Shown: one piece after another, positions 27,626 through 38,918 of the stretch
How positions within the stretch are numbered: the stretch's first letter is position 1
Layout of the letters: the number at the start of each line of letters is the position of its first letter
NCBI RefSeq assembly: GCF_018350175.1
Contig: NC_058383.1
Location: 15,750,001 to 15,814,000 of the forward strand
DNA: 64,000 bases
Direction of reading: 5' to 3'
From: Felis catus
Lineage: Eukaryota
Made by a program: the position numbers and the translations under genes
Notes under the pieces: model-generated
Told to the model about the DNA's origin: nothing
The model's database searches: none
What the model saw: the letters and a program-made list of their open reading frames with translations, nothing else

Positions 27626-28190
27626 GAAACTTAACAGGAACCCATGGGGGAGGGGAAGGAAAAAAAAAAAAAAAGAGGTTAGAGTGCGAGAGAGCCAAAG
27701 CATAAGAGACTGTTAAAAACTGAGAACAAACTGAGGGTTGATGGGGGGTGGGAGGGAGGAGAGGGTGGGTGATGGGTATTGAGGAGGGCACCTTTTGGGA
27801 TGAGCACTGGGTGTTGTATGGAAACCAATTTGTCAATAAATTTCATATAAAAAAAAATAAAGATCTGTTCATTAGTAAAGAAAGAAAAAAAAAAGTCTGA
27901 ACTCTTCCATTCACCAAGGCATTTCCTGAAGACACAGGAAGTTCACTGGACAGAGGGAGATCTCAGAGAGACCCTTAGGAAAGACAGATCTGAGCTGAAT
28001 GCTGCAATGCAACTTGCGTTGCTCAGATGAAGAAGTGTGAGGAAGGTACTACTACAGGCAGAAGGAATGAGCAGTATGGTATATTTGAGTAGATACAATT
28101 ATTTCAATGTAGTGGGGGCCCAGAGGGTAAGGGGTAAAAAAGTCATAGTCTGCATATGAAGCCAACATAAGACATAGAACGATTTTGGGG

Positions 28191-28340
28191 AAGTGGTTCT
28201 CAAAGTGAAATCTCCAGACCAGGACATCAGCATTACCTAAGAACCTGTTACAAACGCAAATTCTTGGACTTATCACAGATCTGAATCAGAAACTCTGGGT
28301 CTTTTCAAAGGTCCTTTAAGTGATTCTAATATATGGCTGA
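28191..28340 (+). mobile_element. MER5A hAT DNA transposon
   Basis: agtggttctcaaagtg...catcagcattacct...tgaatcagaaactctggg. Confidence 0.8.
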
Positions 28341-28607
28341 CATTTGATGATTTTGAGCAATGATGGCATGTAATGATGTTTTCAAAAATAATGAAATTAT
28401 CCCTCATCAGTCAGGTAATTTAAAAGAGGCAGAGGACCATGCTGTTCTGAATTCAGAAAAGGTAGAAGACAATAATATCTGAATAGGCACTAGTTGTAAT
28501 ACTTACAATATGCCTTATTTTTCTTTGACAACAGTCAATTTCATAGGTTACTCTATTCACAGACCAAATTTGCCCTATGCTTCATTTTTCTTTCTTTCTT
28601 CCTTTTT

Positions 28608-28681
28608 CCTTCCTTCCTCCTTCCTTCCTTCCTTCCTTCCTTCCTTCCTTCCTTCCTTCCTTCCTTCCTTCCTTCCTTCCC
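28608..28681. repeat. (TTCC)n microsatellite
   Basis: Tetranucleotide run. Confidence 0.95.
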
Positions 28682-28699
28682 CTCTCTCTGTCTCTGTCT

Positions 28700-28888
28700 C
28701 TCTCTCTTTCTTTTGAGACAGAGACAGTACAAGCAGGGTAGGGGTAGAGAAAGAGGGAGAATATCAAGCAGACTCTGAGCTGTCGGTGCAGAAACCATGT
28801 GGGGCTCAAACTCACGAAACTGTGAGATCATGACCAGAACCGAAATCAGGAGTCAGACGCTAAACCGACTGAGCCGCCCAGGCACCCC
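28700..28888 (-). mobile_element. Can-SINE whose tail expanded into (TTCC)n
   Basis: TSD cctatgcttcat at ~28574 and ~28892. Confidence 0.85.
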
Positions 28889-29349
28889 TAACCTATGCTT
28901 CATCTGAAAATACATTCCCAAACAGGCATACATTTAAAAAATTTTTTTTTAATTTTATGATAGAGGGATCCTCTATGTTTTATACAAGAAAAACAAAGCC
29001 CCAAAATGGTGTCAAACCAAGACTTTAATCTATTGCAGTTTCAACCTGTCAGGAATGTAACTTTTAACCAGTCAACACAGAATTTCTGGGCCAATTCTAG
29101 GAATGTGCTGAAAGACCCTTTCCACTACCCTTAAGAAGGCAACCTTGCCTAAACAATGCATTCCTTGTTAATAAATGCCTTTCTTCTTTTTTTAATGCCC
29201 TCTCTCTGCCTTTAAAAACCTCCCTCTGGTGTAGCTCAGTGGAGCTCTCCTCTACTTGCTAAATGGGATGCTGCCTGATTCATGAATCATTTTTAAAAGC
29301 CAGTAATATCTTCAAATTTACTCAGTTGAATCTTGTTTTTTAACATATT

Positions 29350-29367
29350 TGATGGCAGCAGTGGGAT
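29350..29367 (+). other. Primer binding site complementary to tRNA-Leu
   Basis: TGATGGCAGCAGTGGGAT matches TGGTGGCAGCGGTGGGAT at 16/18 positions (reverse complement of the tRNA-Leu AAG/TAG 3' end, from recall). It lies 4 nt after the LTR-terminal CA. Confidence 0.8.
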
Positions 29368-30015
29368 CCAAAGCAAACTTCCAATGGCATTCAGTAACAA
29401 CAAAACACACTGGCACGGTACCCTGTGAACTCTTTTGAGCTCACGGTCTTTCTTGCCATTTCTGAGGGCCATTGGTAAGTCCTTCATGGTTGGAGTTCTA
29501 CTCTTTTTGCATTCAAACTACCGATCTAATTGGCTTTCCAGTCCACGGTTAACTGGTCAGCCTAGACTGACATGGGGCTCTAACAGAGCACCAGTCCTTA
29601 GCCCTTGTCCATAGCCCAGTCCACAATTCCACGCTGGAATCCCTTCCCCAGTTCCAGTCTGAAATCCCCATTTACTAGAATCTGCTGGTTTAGTCTACTG
29701 GTTTAGTACTCGAGGTACACAAGATCTTCTCTTGGCCAGCCCACAGTAATATCCTCTGGTTACCACTATGTGTTAAGTTGCACATTTGTTTGTCTGGTTT
29801 TATGTAAACAAAGACTTAGCTAATGAAATCCTTAAATTCTAGAGTCAAGTGTACCACCTCTGGCACACTTGCTTACTTTATGTCCAAAAACTATGGTGCT
29901 AGGTGCACTGAATATATACAGAAATGGCAAAATTTTAGTCAAACAACCTAGAATTACAGTGGTCATGATGGGGAATGTTCCAACTAGATAAGATCATTTA
30001 AGAAGTGCACGTGAA

Positions 30016-30222
30016 GGGTGCTTGGGTGGCTCAGTCCGTTGAGCATCTGACTCTTGGTTTCAGCTCAAGTCATGATCTCGTGGTTCATGAATTCGAGGCC
30101 CACATTGTCAGGCTCTGTGCTGACAGTGAAAAGCCTGCTAGGGATTCTCTTTCTGCCCTTCCCCCACTCATGTTCTCCCTCCCTCTCCCTCTCTCTCAAA
30201 ATAAACAAACTTAAAAAAAAAA
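30016..30222 (+). mobile_element. Can-SINE within the ERV internal region
   Basis: TSD aagtgcac(g/t)tgaa. Confidence 0.88.
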
Positions 30223-31384
30223 GTGCACTTGAAAGGGTTCCCAAATTAAGCAGAATGGGACACCTATTTTAATGGGCAAGCAGAGGCCTCCAAAAGGTTC
30301 CAAAATTCCAAAGTAGTTTCATTGAAAAATTCATTGCAAAAGCTTAGAGAAAGATTAATGTAAAAGGGACCTAAAACAAGCCTATAACTCCCATTGCTCC
30401 TCTTATTCCTCCTTTGAGTAGTCTATCCACTAATCCTGTCTGAATTGTTTTCCACTCTGAAAAGACTACATAACCATAAACAAAAGTCTTCCAAATTAAT
30501 GGCCTTACAGACAACTCCACCTTCAAAGGAGGGCCCCCATTTAGACCCCCTCCCAGAGTCAATGAAACTGAGAAATTTTCCGGTAAACTGCTATATTATT
30601 TCTTTAAACAGACAAGAGGAAACTCTGGTAGATACCAGAGTCTGCAGAGGGTATCCTAGAAAAACTGACAGAAACCAGGGAAGGGTGAAAATTCTTATCA
30701 GAATCAGTTCTTCTGAATATGTCAGTAATGCCCAGTTGTAAGAGGGAAATAGAGTTTCATATTATCCCTTACTTTCCAAATCCAAACCCATTGTTGATTG
30801 ATCTTTCTCTCTCAGGGATAGCTACTGTCTTCTTGCTTACTCAACTGGGCTTGGCTTTATACCTGCCTTGGACATATAAGTTGTTGGTTCTTTCTTTTGG
30901 CTATCTTTGGCAGTGACTCTGGATTTGGAGAAGGTAACATCCTTTACCCTCTTTGGGGCCCATCTTACACCCAAGAGGGGTTATTTAATAATGACAGAAA
31001 TATTTAAAATTAAAAACTCTGAACCCAAAGGGAAAGAAACAAATTAAGGGTAATGTAGTTGGATAGGTGGATCAATCTATGATGTCATTTAAGTTACAAC
31101 CCAAGTCTTTGAGGAACTGAAAGCAAATGTCCAAATCTTACAAAGCTTACAAAACAAAAGTCAGCCCCAGAGGCAACTCAAAATTAATCTATTTCTTTAC
31201 CAATCCCCAAATTTTCCTTATTTATCTCAAAAGGCTTATAAGTTTTTGGCCTTAGGAAAGCAAAGTCCATCTTGGAGAAACTTAATATTCTTTGGTCTCT
31301 TGGGGTTATAAACACAGCCCACAATCATATGACTCTCAAGGAAGGAAAAAAAGGGGAAAAGGTCTTTTTAAAATACAAACTGGT

Positions 31385-31620
31385 GGGGTGTCTGGGTGAC
31401 TCAGTTGGTTAAGCGTCAACTGCAGCTTAAATTATGACTGCAGCTCAGGTCATAATCCATGAGTTTGAGCCCCACATCTAGCTCTAAGCTGTCACGAGCC
31501 CATCATTGGGCTCTGTGCTGATAGCTCAGAGCCTGGAGAGCCTGCTTTGGATTCTGTGTCTCCCTCTCTCTCTGCTCCTCCCCTGCTTATGTTCTGTCTC
31601 TCTCTGTCTCTGTCTCAAAA
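31385..31620 (+). mobile_element. Can-SINE with internal duplications
   Basis: SINE head and (CT)n present. Tail largely missing. Confidence 0.85.
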
Positions 31621-32073
31621 ATCTTTTAGGTGAGCAAGTAGTGATAAAGCAAAAATGTTATGACCTGTGAATGCCACACAAAGGATCAACAAAAGCTGCT
31701 AAGAACTACAGAGTAGTAGCTGAGAGTGGTGCTAATGCCTTAAATTTTGATCATATCTCTCAGTTAAGATGAGAGTCTGATCAAAAGGGGCAGAATAATT
31801 GTTAAAAGGAAAACCACAGGCGCAAAATGGGGCCACTTAGGTTAAAGCCCAAGTCAGGAAACCAAGACTTAATAACTAACCTAACTGCAGTTTCAACCTG
31901 CCAGGAATGTAACATTTATCCAGTCAACAGAATTTCCTGGTCAATACTAGGAATTTATTGACAGACCCCTTCCACTCCTCTTAGGAAGGCAACCTTGCCT
32001 AAACAATGCATTCCTTGCAAATAAATTCCTTTTTATTTTATGCCCTCTCTCTGCCTTAAAAAACCTTCCTCTT

Positions 32074-32300
32074 GGGGCGCCTGGGTGGCGCAGTGGGTTA
32101 AGCGTCCGACTTCAGCCAGGTCACGATCTCGCGGTCCGTGAGTTCGAGCCCCGCGTCAGGCTCTGGACTGATGGCTCGGAGCCTGGAGCCTGTTTCCGAT
32201 TCTGTGTCTCCCTCTCTCTCTGCCCCTCCCCCGTTCATGCTCTGTCTCTCTCTGTCCCAAAAATAAATAAAAAACGTTGAAAAAAAAATTAAAAAAAAAA
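32074..32300 (+). mobile_element. Young SINEC_Fc-type SINE inside the ERV 3'LTR
   Basis: CpG-rich copy. TSD aaaaccttcctctt. Confidence 0.95.
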
Positions 32301-32888
32301 AAAACCTTCCTCTTGTGTAGCTCAGTGGAGCTCCCCTCTCCTTGCTAGATGGGATGCTGCCTAATTGAAGAATCATTTAATAAAGCCAATTAGATCTTCA
32401 AATTTACTCAGTTGAATTTTCTTTTTGAATAAAGTCAAACTTATACTTATTGAGTGTTCTTAGAAACGATTATAATACCCAAATTTTTATCATTTCTATA
32501 CATTTTGGAAAACATTATAATCAATTTTTTCTTTTAAAAACAAAATAGAAATTTTATAATTCCACGAGTTTCATTTCAGTTTTGTTAAATACAAGCAGAA
32601 TTAAATGTTGCTTCAAACAAACCCACTCCACTTCTAGGTACTTTAGAAATCAAGGTTCCTCATGAGATTTTAAATGAGTGTCCCACTAATAAGAGAAGTT
32701 TGCAATCAACTGGTCTACAGGATAAAATTCAAGATCTTTAGCATAAAATATAAGGCCCTCCACAGCTTGATCCTTACCAACTCTCTCAAGCCTTGTTTCC
32801 CACTACGTCTTACCTGAAAATGAACTTTCTAGCAACACCAAACTGCCTATAGTCCTCATAAATACCACAGTTTGAGATGTTTTTCATC

Positions 32889-33081
32889 TTTTTTTTTTAA
32901 ACTGTTGTAATATTTATTTATTTTTGAGGGACAGAGAGAGAGGGAGACACAGAATTTTAAGCAGGCTCCAGGCTCTGAGCTGTCAGCACCAAGCCCAATG
33001 TGGGGCTCAAACCTATGAACTGTGAGATCATGACCTGAGACAAAGTCAGATGCTCAACTGACTGAGCCACTCAGGCGACCC
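32889..33081 (-). mobile_element. Can-SINE
   Basis: Reverse-complement SINE with flanks agatgttt. Confidence 0.88.
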
Positions 33082-33580
33082 TAGATGTTTCTTTGAGAAT
33101 TTGTCCATATTGTAACTTCCAAGTGACTACTGCCTTGTTTTATTTTACTATATTTTAAAAATTATATTAGGTTATATTATATTAGGCTATTAAACATTCT
33201 GGGTCCAGGTGGGATTGTGTGTACATGACTTTCACTGTATGGTGGAAGGGAAGGGTCTATAGGTCCGGTGTAACAGGGACCAGTTGTTCTCTAAGTCTTT
33301 TTGTGCCTGCCGCTAGGCCCCTAGGTTGGGCCAGGAGTCATGCCACAAGAAACCTTCCAACCCATCTCTTCTTTTTGGACACTGTAGGGCTAGAATTAGA
33401 CACAGGCTGCTTCTAGGAGTAATATCTCTTGATGGCTCATTTGGCTAAGGAAGAGAAAGACACTGGACAGTTAAGGAACAACTACAGCGCTCTAGCCATG
33501 TCTCACCCAAGGAGCACCTTATCCTGCAAGTTAAAACTGAATGCTCTTTCCTTTATTTGTTGAGCTACTTATCCTTTAGG

Positions 33581-33828
33581 TCAATGATTCTCAACAGGAG
33601 GGGAGATGGGGAGCGTTTTGCCTCCACAGGGGGCATTTGGCAATGTCTGGAAACATTTCTGATTGTCACAAAGTGGGGAGGGGTTTTGCTACTGGCATCT
33701 ATTGAGTAGAGACTAGGGATGCTGCTCCATCCCACAATGTACAGGACAACCCCCACAATTATAGGACAACCCCCACAACAAAGAATTATCTGACCCAAAA
33801 TGTGAATAGTGCCAAGGTCAAGAAACAC
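33581..33828 (+). mobile_element. MER20 hAT DNA transposon
   Basis: ggggcatttggcaatgtctgg...tgctactggcatct...aagaattatctgacccaaaatgt, with a short internal tandem duplication. Confidence 0.85.
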
Positions 33829-34024
33829 GACTTTATTTCTTGGTTTGATACCACAATCTCCAGGAAGGCCTTCCTGAACACCACACATTACCTCTTCTTA
33901 GTTCCCCATAATACTTAACATTGTACTGTTATGAATCTGTATCTGCTATTCGATCATGTGTACCTTTAAGACAGAGACCTTAACACTGTATCTGGCACGT
34001 AGTAGGTACTCAGTGAATTGCAGA

Positions 34025-34480
34025 GACTGTTATCTGCCTATCCCAATATCCAGTCTATTCCCCTTGGTAAAAGAAACACCAACTCTTGGTTAGAATAAAG
34101 ACTACATTCCCTAGCCTTTTATATGTGGCCATAAGACTCAGTTATGGCCAGCAGAATGCAAGGAGAGGGGCTACCTGGAATGTAAGGGAATGAAGGAAAT
34201 TCATGGGAAATGCCCTTAAAAAAATATTAAATTCACCTTCTTATTTGCCCAGTCTATCCCCTGTTCTGCTACTTAAGGACACAGATGATATGACTGGGAC
34301 TCCAACTTGAACCACGGGCTGAAAGAGCCAAAAGCTGGAAGCAGCCTAAATGCCAGATGACTACAGAGCTTCCAAACCAGCCTTGGTCTGCCTTCTTTTA
34401 TGTAACAGCCACTATTTTGTTTAAAACCATGGTTATTTTAGATCTCTATTTTTCGAAAAGACACTTAATCTAAATTAATA
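34025..34480 (+). mobile_element. MLT1 (MaLR) LTR remnant
   Basis: agaataaagactacattccc...tgtggccat...; gctggaagcagcct; ttgtttaa...ggttattt. Confidence 0.65.
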
Positions 34481-35279
34481 AATGATCTAATACCCAATTT
34501 CTGCTTTTTGCCATCAAATGCCATAGTCTTCAAGAAAAGTATGCACTGTGCTTTATTAACGTTCTTGCTCTGTTTCTTCACATTCTTCACTAAAATTTTC
34601 TGAAATACAATTTTTCCTCTGCTCTTTTTCTTTTGCAACCTGTTTTGCTGTCATCTGCATTCATTGTTTATGCAGTTACCCTTCTCAGCTACTTATCTCT
34701 TCCATTTGTAATAGAAGAACAGCGATTTCCACAACTACAAAAATATTGCTGTTAGCTAACATTCAATTCACAACCAGATTTATAAAGCTAGGTTTACTGC
34801 CTTCACAAAGGATAAGTAATCCAAAGTAATTAAAAAAATAATATTTATAAAATTATTCTGGGATATTTTAATCTTAGCTACTAGAGTTGTAATCCTGATT
34901 TGCATGCTATTAATTTTACATGCTATAGAAGTGATCATCATTTGCATGAACATAGCCTTTCTCTTAACTTGCTCATAATATTCTTCCCATCCTTCAATTT
35001 CAGAAAATTCTCAGGTGGACATTTTGTTATCCTTCCCTGTTAATCCTATATTATAAAAAATTTTAATTTCTAAACTAAATTCCATTTTGAACACTAAGAA
35101 GAAATTTAATATTCAAAATTTAATAACTATTCTACTTAGGAGTATCTCCATTTCCAAAAAACAGTCTTCATTGCTCTCACCTATTTATTTGATTGTTTTA
35201 AAAAAAAAACCCACAAGCCCAAAATGGTGTCGCTGCATTGAGGAAGGCTCCAAAGTCAGTCAACCAAGACTTAATACCT

Positions 35280-35790
35280 CGCTTCCCTCCCCACTCCCCC
35301 CCCCCCACCTGCCAAGCGGTGTGGAGGCAGAGGCTCGAGGGCACTCAAGATTCAGCTGCAATATCCAATATCCAGTCTATTCCCCTTGATAAAAGAAACA
35401 CCAACTCTTGGTTGGACACATGGTCACTTAGAATAAAGACACATTCCCTAGCCTTTTATATGTGGCCATAAGACTAAGTTATGGCCAGCAGAATGCAAGG
35501 GTTACAGAGGGGGTCATTGCTGCTGGAGGTGTAATGGATGTTTATACTTCCTTACAAGAGTCATTAAAGATGGCCCTAATTCATGATGACCTAGCACATT
35601 AAGCTGACAGGCACCAAGCCCATCTTTGTGTGCTTGCATCCAACTGTGATAAGACTATGTATGTTAAGTTTGGTGGAGGTCCTTTTGTTCAACATCAAAT
35701 CAACCTAATTAAGGTCGATGACAACAGAGAGGCAAAGAACAAATTAAACTGGTTCTTATAACTAAAAAAACAAAACAAAACAAAACAGAA
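35280..35790 (+). pseudogene. RPS12: Processed pseudogene of ribosomal protein S12, with internal deletions and the start codon replaced
   Basis: 35516-35725 translates [50 protein letters not shown]...[15 protein letters not shown]12-like 5'UTR GGAGGCAGAGGCT...CAAGATTCAGC at ~35323-35357. ATTAAA at 35743, A-rich tail 35764-35790, TSD ttaatacct at 35271-35279 and 35791-35799. No introns. Confidence 0.93.
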
Positions 35791-36100
35791 TTAATACCTA
35801 ATCTAACTGCAGTTTCACACCCCCTGAAATGTAACCTTTAACCAGTCAAAATGGGAATTTCCTGGTCAGAACTTATAAATTTAATGATAGACCCCCTTCC
35901 ATTCCCCTTAGGAGGGCAACCTTGTCTATAACAATGGATTCTTTGCTAATAATTTCCTTTTTTCCACTTGCTTTCTACCTTTAAAAACCTTTCCTTTTCT
36001 GTAGCCCTTTGGAGTTCCCCTCTACTTGCTAGATGGGATTCTGCCTGATTCATGAACTGATCAATAACGCTAATTAAATCTTTAAGATTTACTCCGTTGA

Positions 36101-36314
36101 GGGGCGCCTGGGTGGCGCAGTCGGTTAAGTGTCCGACTTCAGCCAGGTCACGATCTCGCGGTCCGTGACTTCGAGCCCCGCGTCGGGCTCTGGGCTGATG
36201 GCTCAGAGCCTGAAGCCTGCTTCCGATTCTGTGTCTCCCTCTCTCTCTGCCCCTCCCCCGTTCATGCTCTGTCTCTCTCTGTCCCAAAAATAAATAAACG
36301 TTGAAAAAAAAAAA
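36101..36314 (+). mobile_element. Young SINEC_Fc-type SINE inside the solo LTR
   Basis: Perfect TSD aagatttactccgttga. Confidence 0.95.
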
Positions 36315-38199
36315 AAGATTTACTCCGTTGAATTTTTGTTATTTAATACTTTGTTCTGGATCTGACTTCTAGTTTTCTCTCTGCTTTACTTACTAGAAGC
36401 TTCAGAGACTGTCAATTATTGTATTCCTATTTGTTCTCTTCTACTTACCGCTGCTTTTTTTCCTTCTAACCTATTTGTGGTTAATAGTTACATATCTTTT
36501 TTTCTGCCCTAAAAGCAGATAACTTGTCTCTGAATTATAGCTGTGATTCTTTGGTTCTAGTTTAAGGGTTACCATTATATTTTGTTTTGTTTTGTTTTCT
36601 GACTTTGCTCTTTTGACCTAATAAACTTGTTTACTGATCCTAGGATACTGTTTTATTTTAGTCACTTTTAAGTATACGATGGTGCATTGTTTTGTTATTG
36701 TTATTGATGATTTTTATTTGTTCCAGGCAATTTTACGGTATAATGAGTTCAAAAGCAGGAACAATGCTGTATACTCTAGTAACTTCCTGAATGTTCCCAG
36801 ATGGAAATTACTGAAATTCCACAAAAATTCCACAATTCATGAGAAGTTAATGTAAGTAGCCTCAAACTTTATTTCCATTTCCTACTCAAAATATTGGAGG
36901 AGCAGGCATCAGCAGTAGATACCATTCACTAATCAGCAAAATCCTACTCCATATTCAATCTCTTGGAAAATTCTATTAGAATTTGCATAAGGTATTTCCC
37001 TTAAAATGTATACCCCTCTACTTTGCTGTACAAACATTTCTTGAAAGGCAAAAAGACATTTAGAAATGTCTCATTTTTTTTTTCTATTCTCTGTAAGTTT
37101 GGAAGAAATAAAAGCAATCAGTAAATTCTCTATCATATTTTGGAGCCATCATATTCAAGACTATAGCTCAATTTAATATGAAATTGAAGAGTATGGGTGA
37201 ATAATTTATTAAAATAGAACACAGTATTCAAAACATCAAAGTTAACAACATCAATCACTGGAGAAACTAGTTCTACTACTGAACCTGAAATGACTATCTA
37301 AAACACAATAAATAGTATACCTAAAATTCTATGCTTGTAACCTTAATGCAGAACTAAACTTATCATCCAGTCAAAGAATCTGTTTTCATCCCTTCCCGAC
37401 TCATTACTTGGCTTTTATTTTCAGTTAAAAAGAAAAAAAAGAAAGGAAAAAAAAGCCCATCCTATATTCAGCAGTCTCTAATGAAGACTCCCTTCACCAT
37501 CCCAGAATGAAAGAATGCTTTCTTCCACCAAATTCTTTCATAGAGGAACTCTTAAATATACTAGCAGATGATTACCCTATGCTCCTACTGTAACTGGAAA
37601 GGACAGACAGGCAAGAGGTACCACTCTAACTGAAAACAACTGGAAATTCCTAAGCAAAGCAAAGGAAAGCTTAACTTTCATAGTTAATAAAATAAGGCAG
37701 GTAGAACTGTGAAGGCTTTCCTTATCACTGTCTTCAACAATTTCTACATATGATCCTGAACCATCTGGTGATATCTTCAAGCCTTCAAAACTGCGTAAAT
37801 ATTTTCCATATTTTAGTACTAAATAATACAAAAATAAATATTAAAATACTGACTTTAAACAATTTCCCCAGAATAAAAACGTTTATAGGAAAGCAAAGCA
37901 CACAGGATGACTGACTCTGGGCTATGAATTCCTTATGGTCACAACTCTCAAGTAATATGAGATATTTACAACTTGGTACTTATTAATGGAATAATTCTGT
38001 ATGTTTCTGCCTCATCTCCCAATTAGCTCTTTTTGAGAACAGAGACTCAGCTTTAAAAGCAGTACAGCCTAGATTGGACCTGCCTCAAACAAAACAGCTT
38101 TGTTTTTATCTGTTTTACATTGGAACTCTGGGAAGATTTGTTTCAAAAAGGAATTCAAATGTTGTTATTTTGTTTTGCTTTTAAGTTTAAAAAATACTT

Positions 38200-38918
38200 G
38201 TAGCCCTGCTAAAATTAAAAGGACTGAGAATACAAGTTGTTAGCAAAGATGCAAAGCAACTATAATACATAAGTGTATACTATAGCCATACATTGCTGGT
38301 GCAGACACTGTGAAAAACAATTAAGCATCTGTTAAAGACATATAAATATAGAGATACAGAGATATTTTATGATCCAGTGACTTTACTCATTTTTCTTTAC
38401 CCAAGAAAAATCAATGCTTATGTCCACCAATAGTAATGTACAGGAATGGTGTTAGCAACTTTATCCATAATAGCCCCAAACTGGAAACACCAAATGTTCA
38501 CCAAAGGAACAATGGATAAATTGTGTTATATCTATACGTTGGAATATTACATAGCAATGAAAAAAATCAATCCATACAATGGTATGGGTATATCTAATGT
38601 TAAATGAAAGAAACCAGGCAAAAAATAATAAATAGGCATGCTTGCATTTATAGGAAGTTCAAAAACAAGCAAGGCTATTTCTGAACTTCATATACAATGT
38701 CATAGCACCTCTGGTGACAGAGGATGAAACAGTGGTTACTTTTGGGTTGAGGAGGATGTTAACTGAGAAGGAGCATGAAGGAGCCTAGTGGGTACTGGGA
38801 ATTTTCTGTATTTTTATACAGATGGTGATTATACAAGTGTATACAGATACAAATATTCATCAAATTGTACACCGAATATCTGTGTATTTAATATGTAAGT
38901 ATTCCTTAATTTAAAAAA
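38200..38918 (+). mobile_element. Ancient L1ME-type 3' end
   Basis: Typical 3'UTR motifs (aatagccccaaactggaaac, atggataaattgtg, aaattgtacac). Confidence 0.7.

Larger units (their letters stand above)
22322..27891 (+). mobile_element. Near-full-length young feline LINE-1 with partial 5'UTR, ORF1, ORF2, 3'UTR and poly(A)
   Basis: 15-bp TSD aaagtctgaactctt at 22307-22321 and 27892-27906. GC-rich UTR, ORF1 and ORF2 homology, G-rich 3'UTR and AATAAA. Confidence 0.97.
28976..32431 (+). mobile_element. Degenerate ERV1-class provirus: 5'LTR 28976-29345, internal region, 3'LTR 31800-32431
   Basis: Two homologous LTRs, PBS at 29350-29367, gag-MA-like remnant at 29859-29998, purine tract aaaagggggcagaa just before the 3'LTR, AATAAA at 32379. 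Confidence 0.85.
35194..36348 (+). mobile_element. Solo LTR of the same family, interrupted by the RPS12 retrocopy and a young SINE
   Basis: Shares caaaatgg, accaagacttaata, ctaactgcagtttca, ggcaaccttg and cttgctagatgggat with the other two LTRs. Confidence 0.88.

Noticed and set aside
23056..27836. Long minus-strand ORFs over L1 (e.g. 23056-23508, 25699-26124, 26431-26787)
   Set aside because: They are antisense shadows of L1 ORF1/ORF2 and recur in each L1 copy.
28510..28831. Low-complexity ORFs (PSFL)n and (EGRK)n
   Set aside because: Translation of the (TTCC)n microsatellite.
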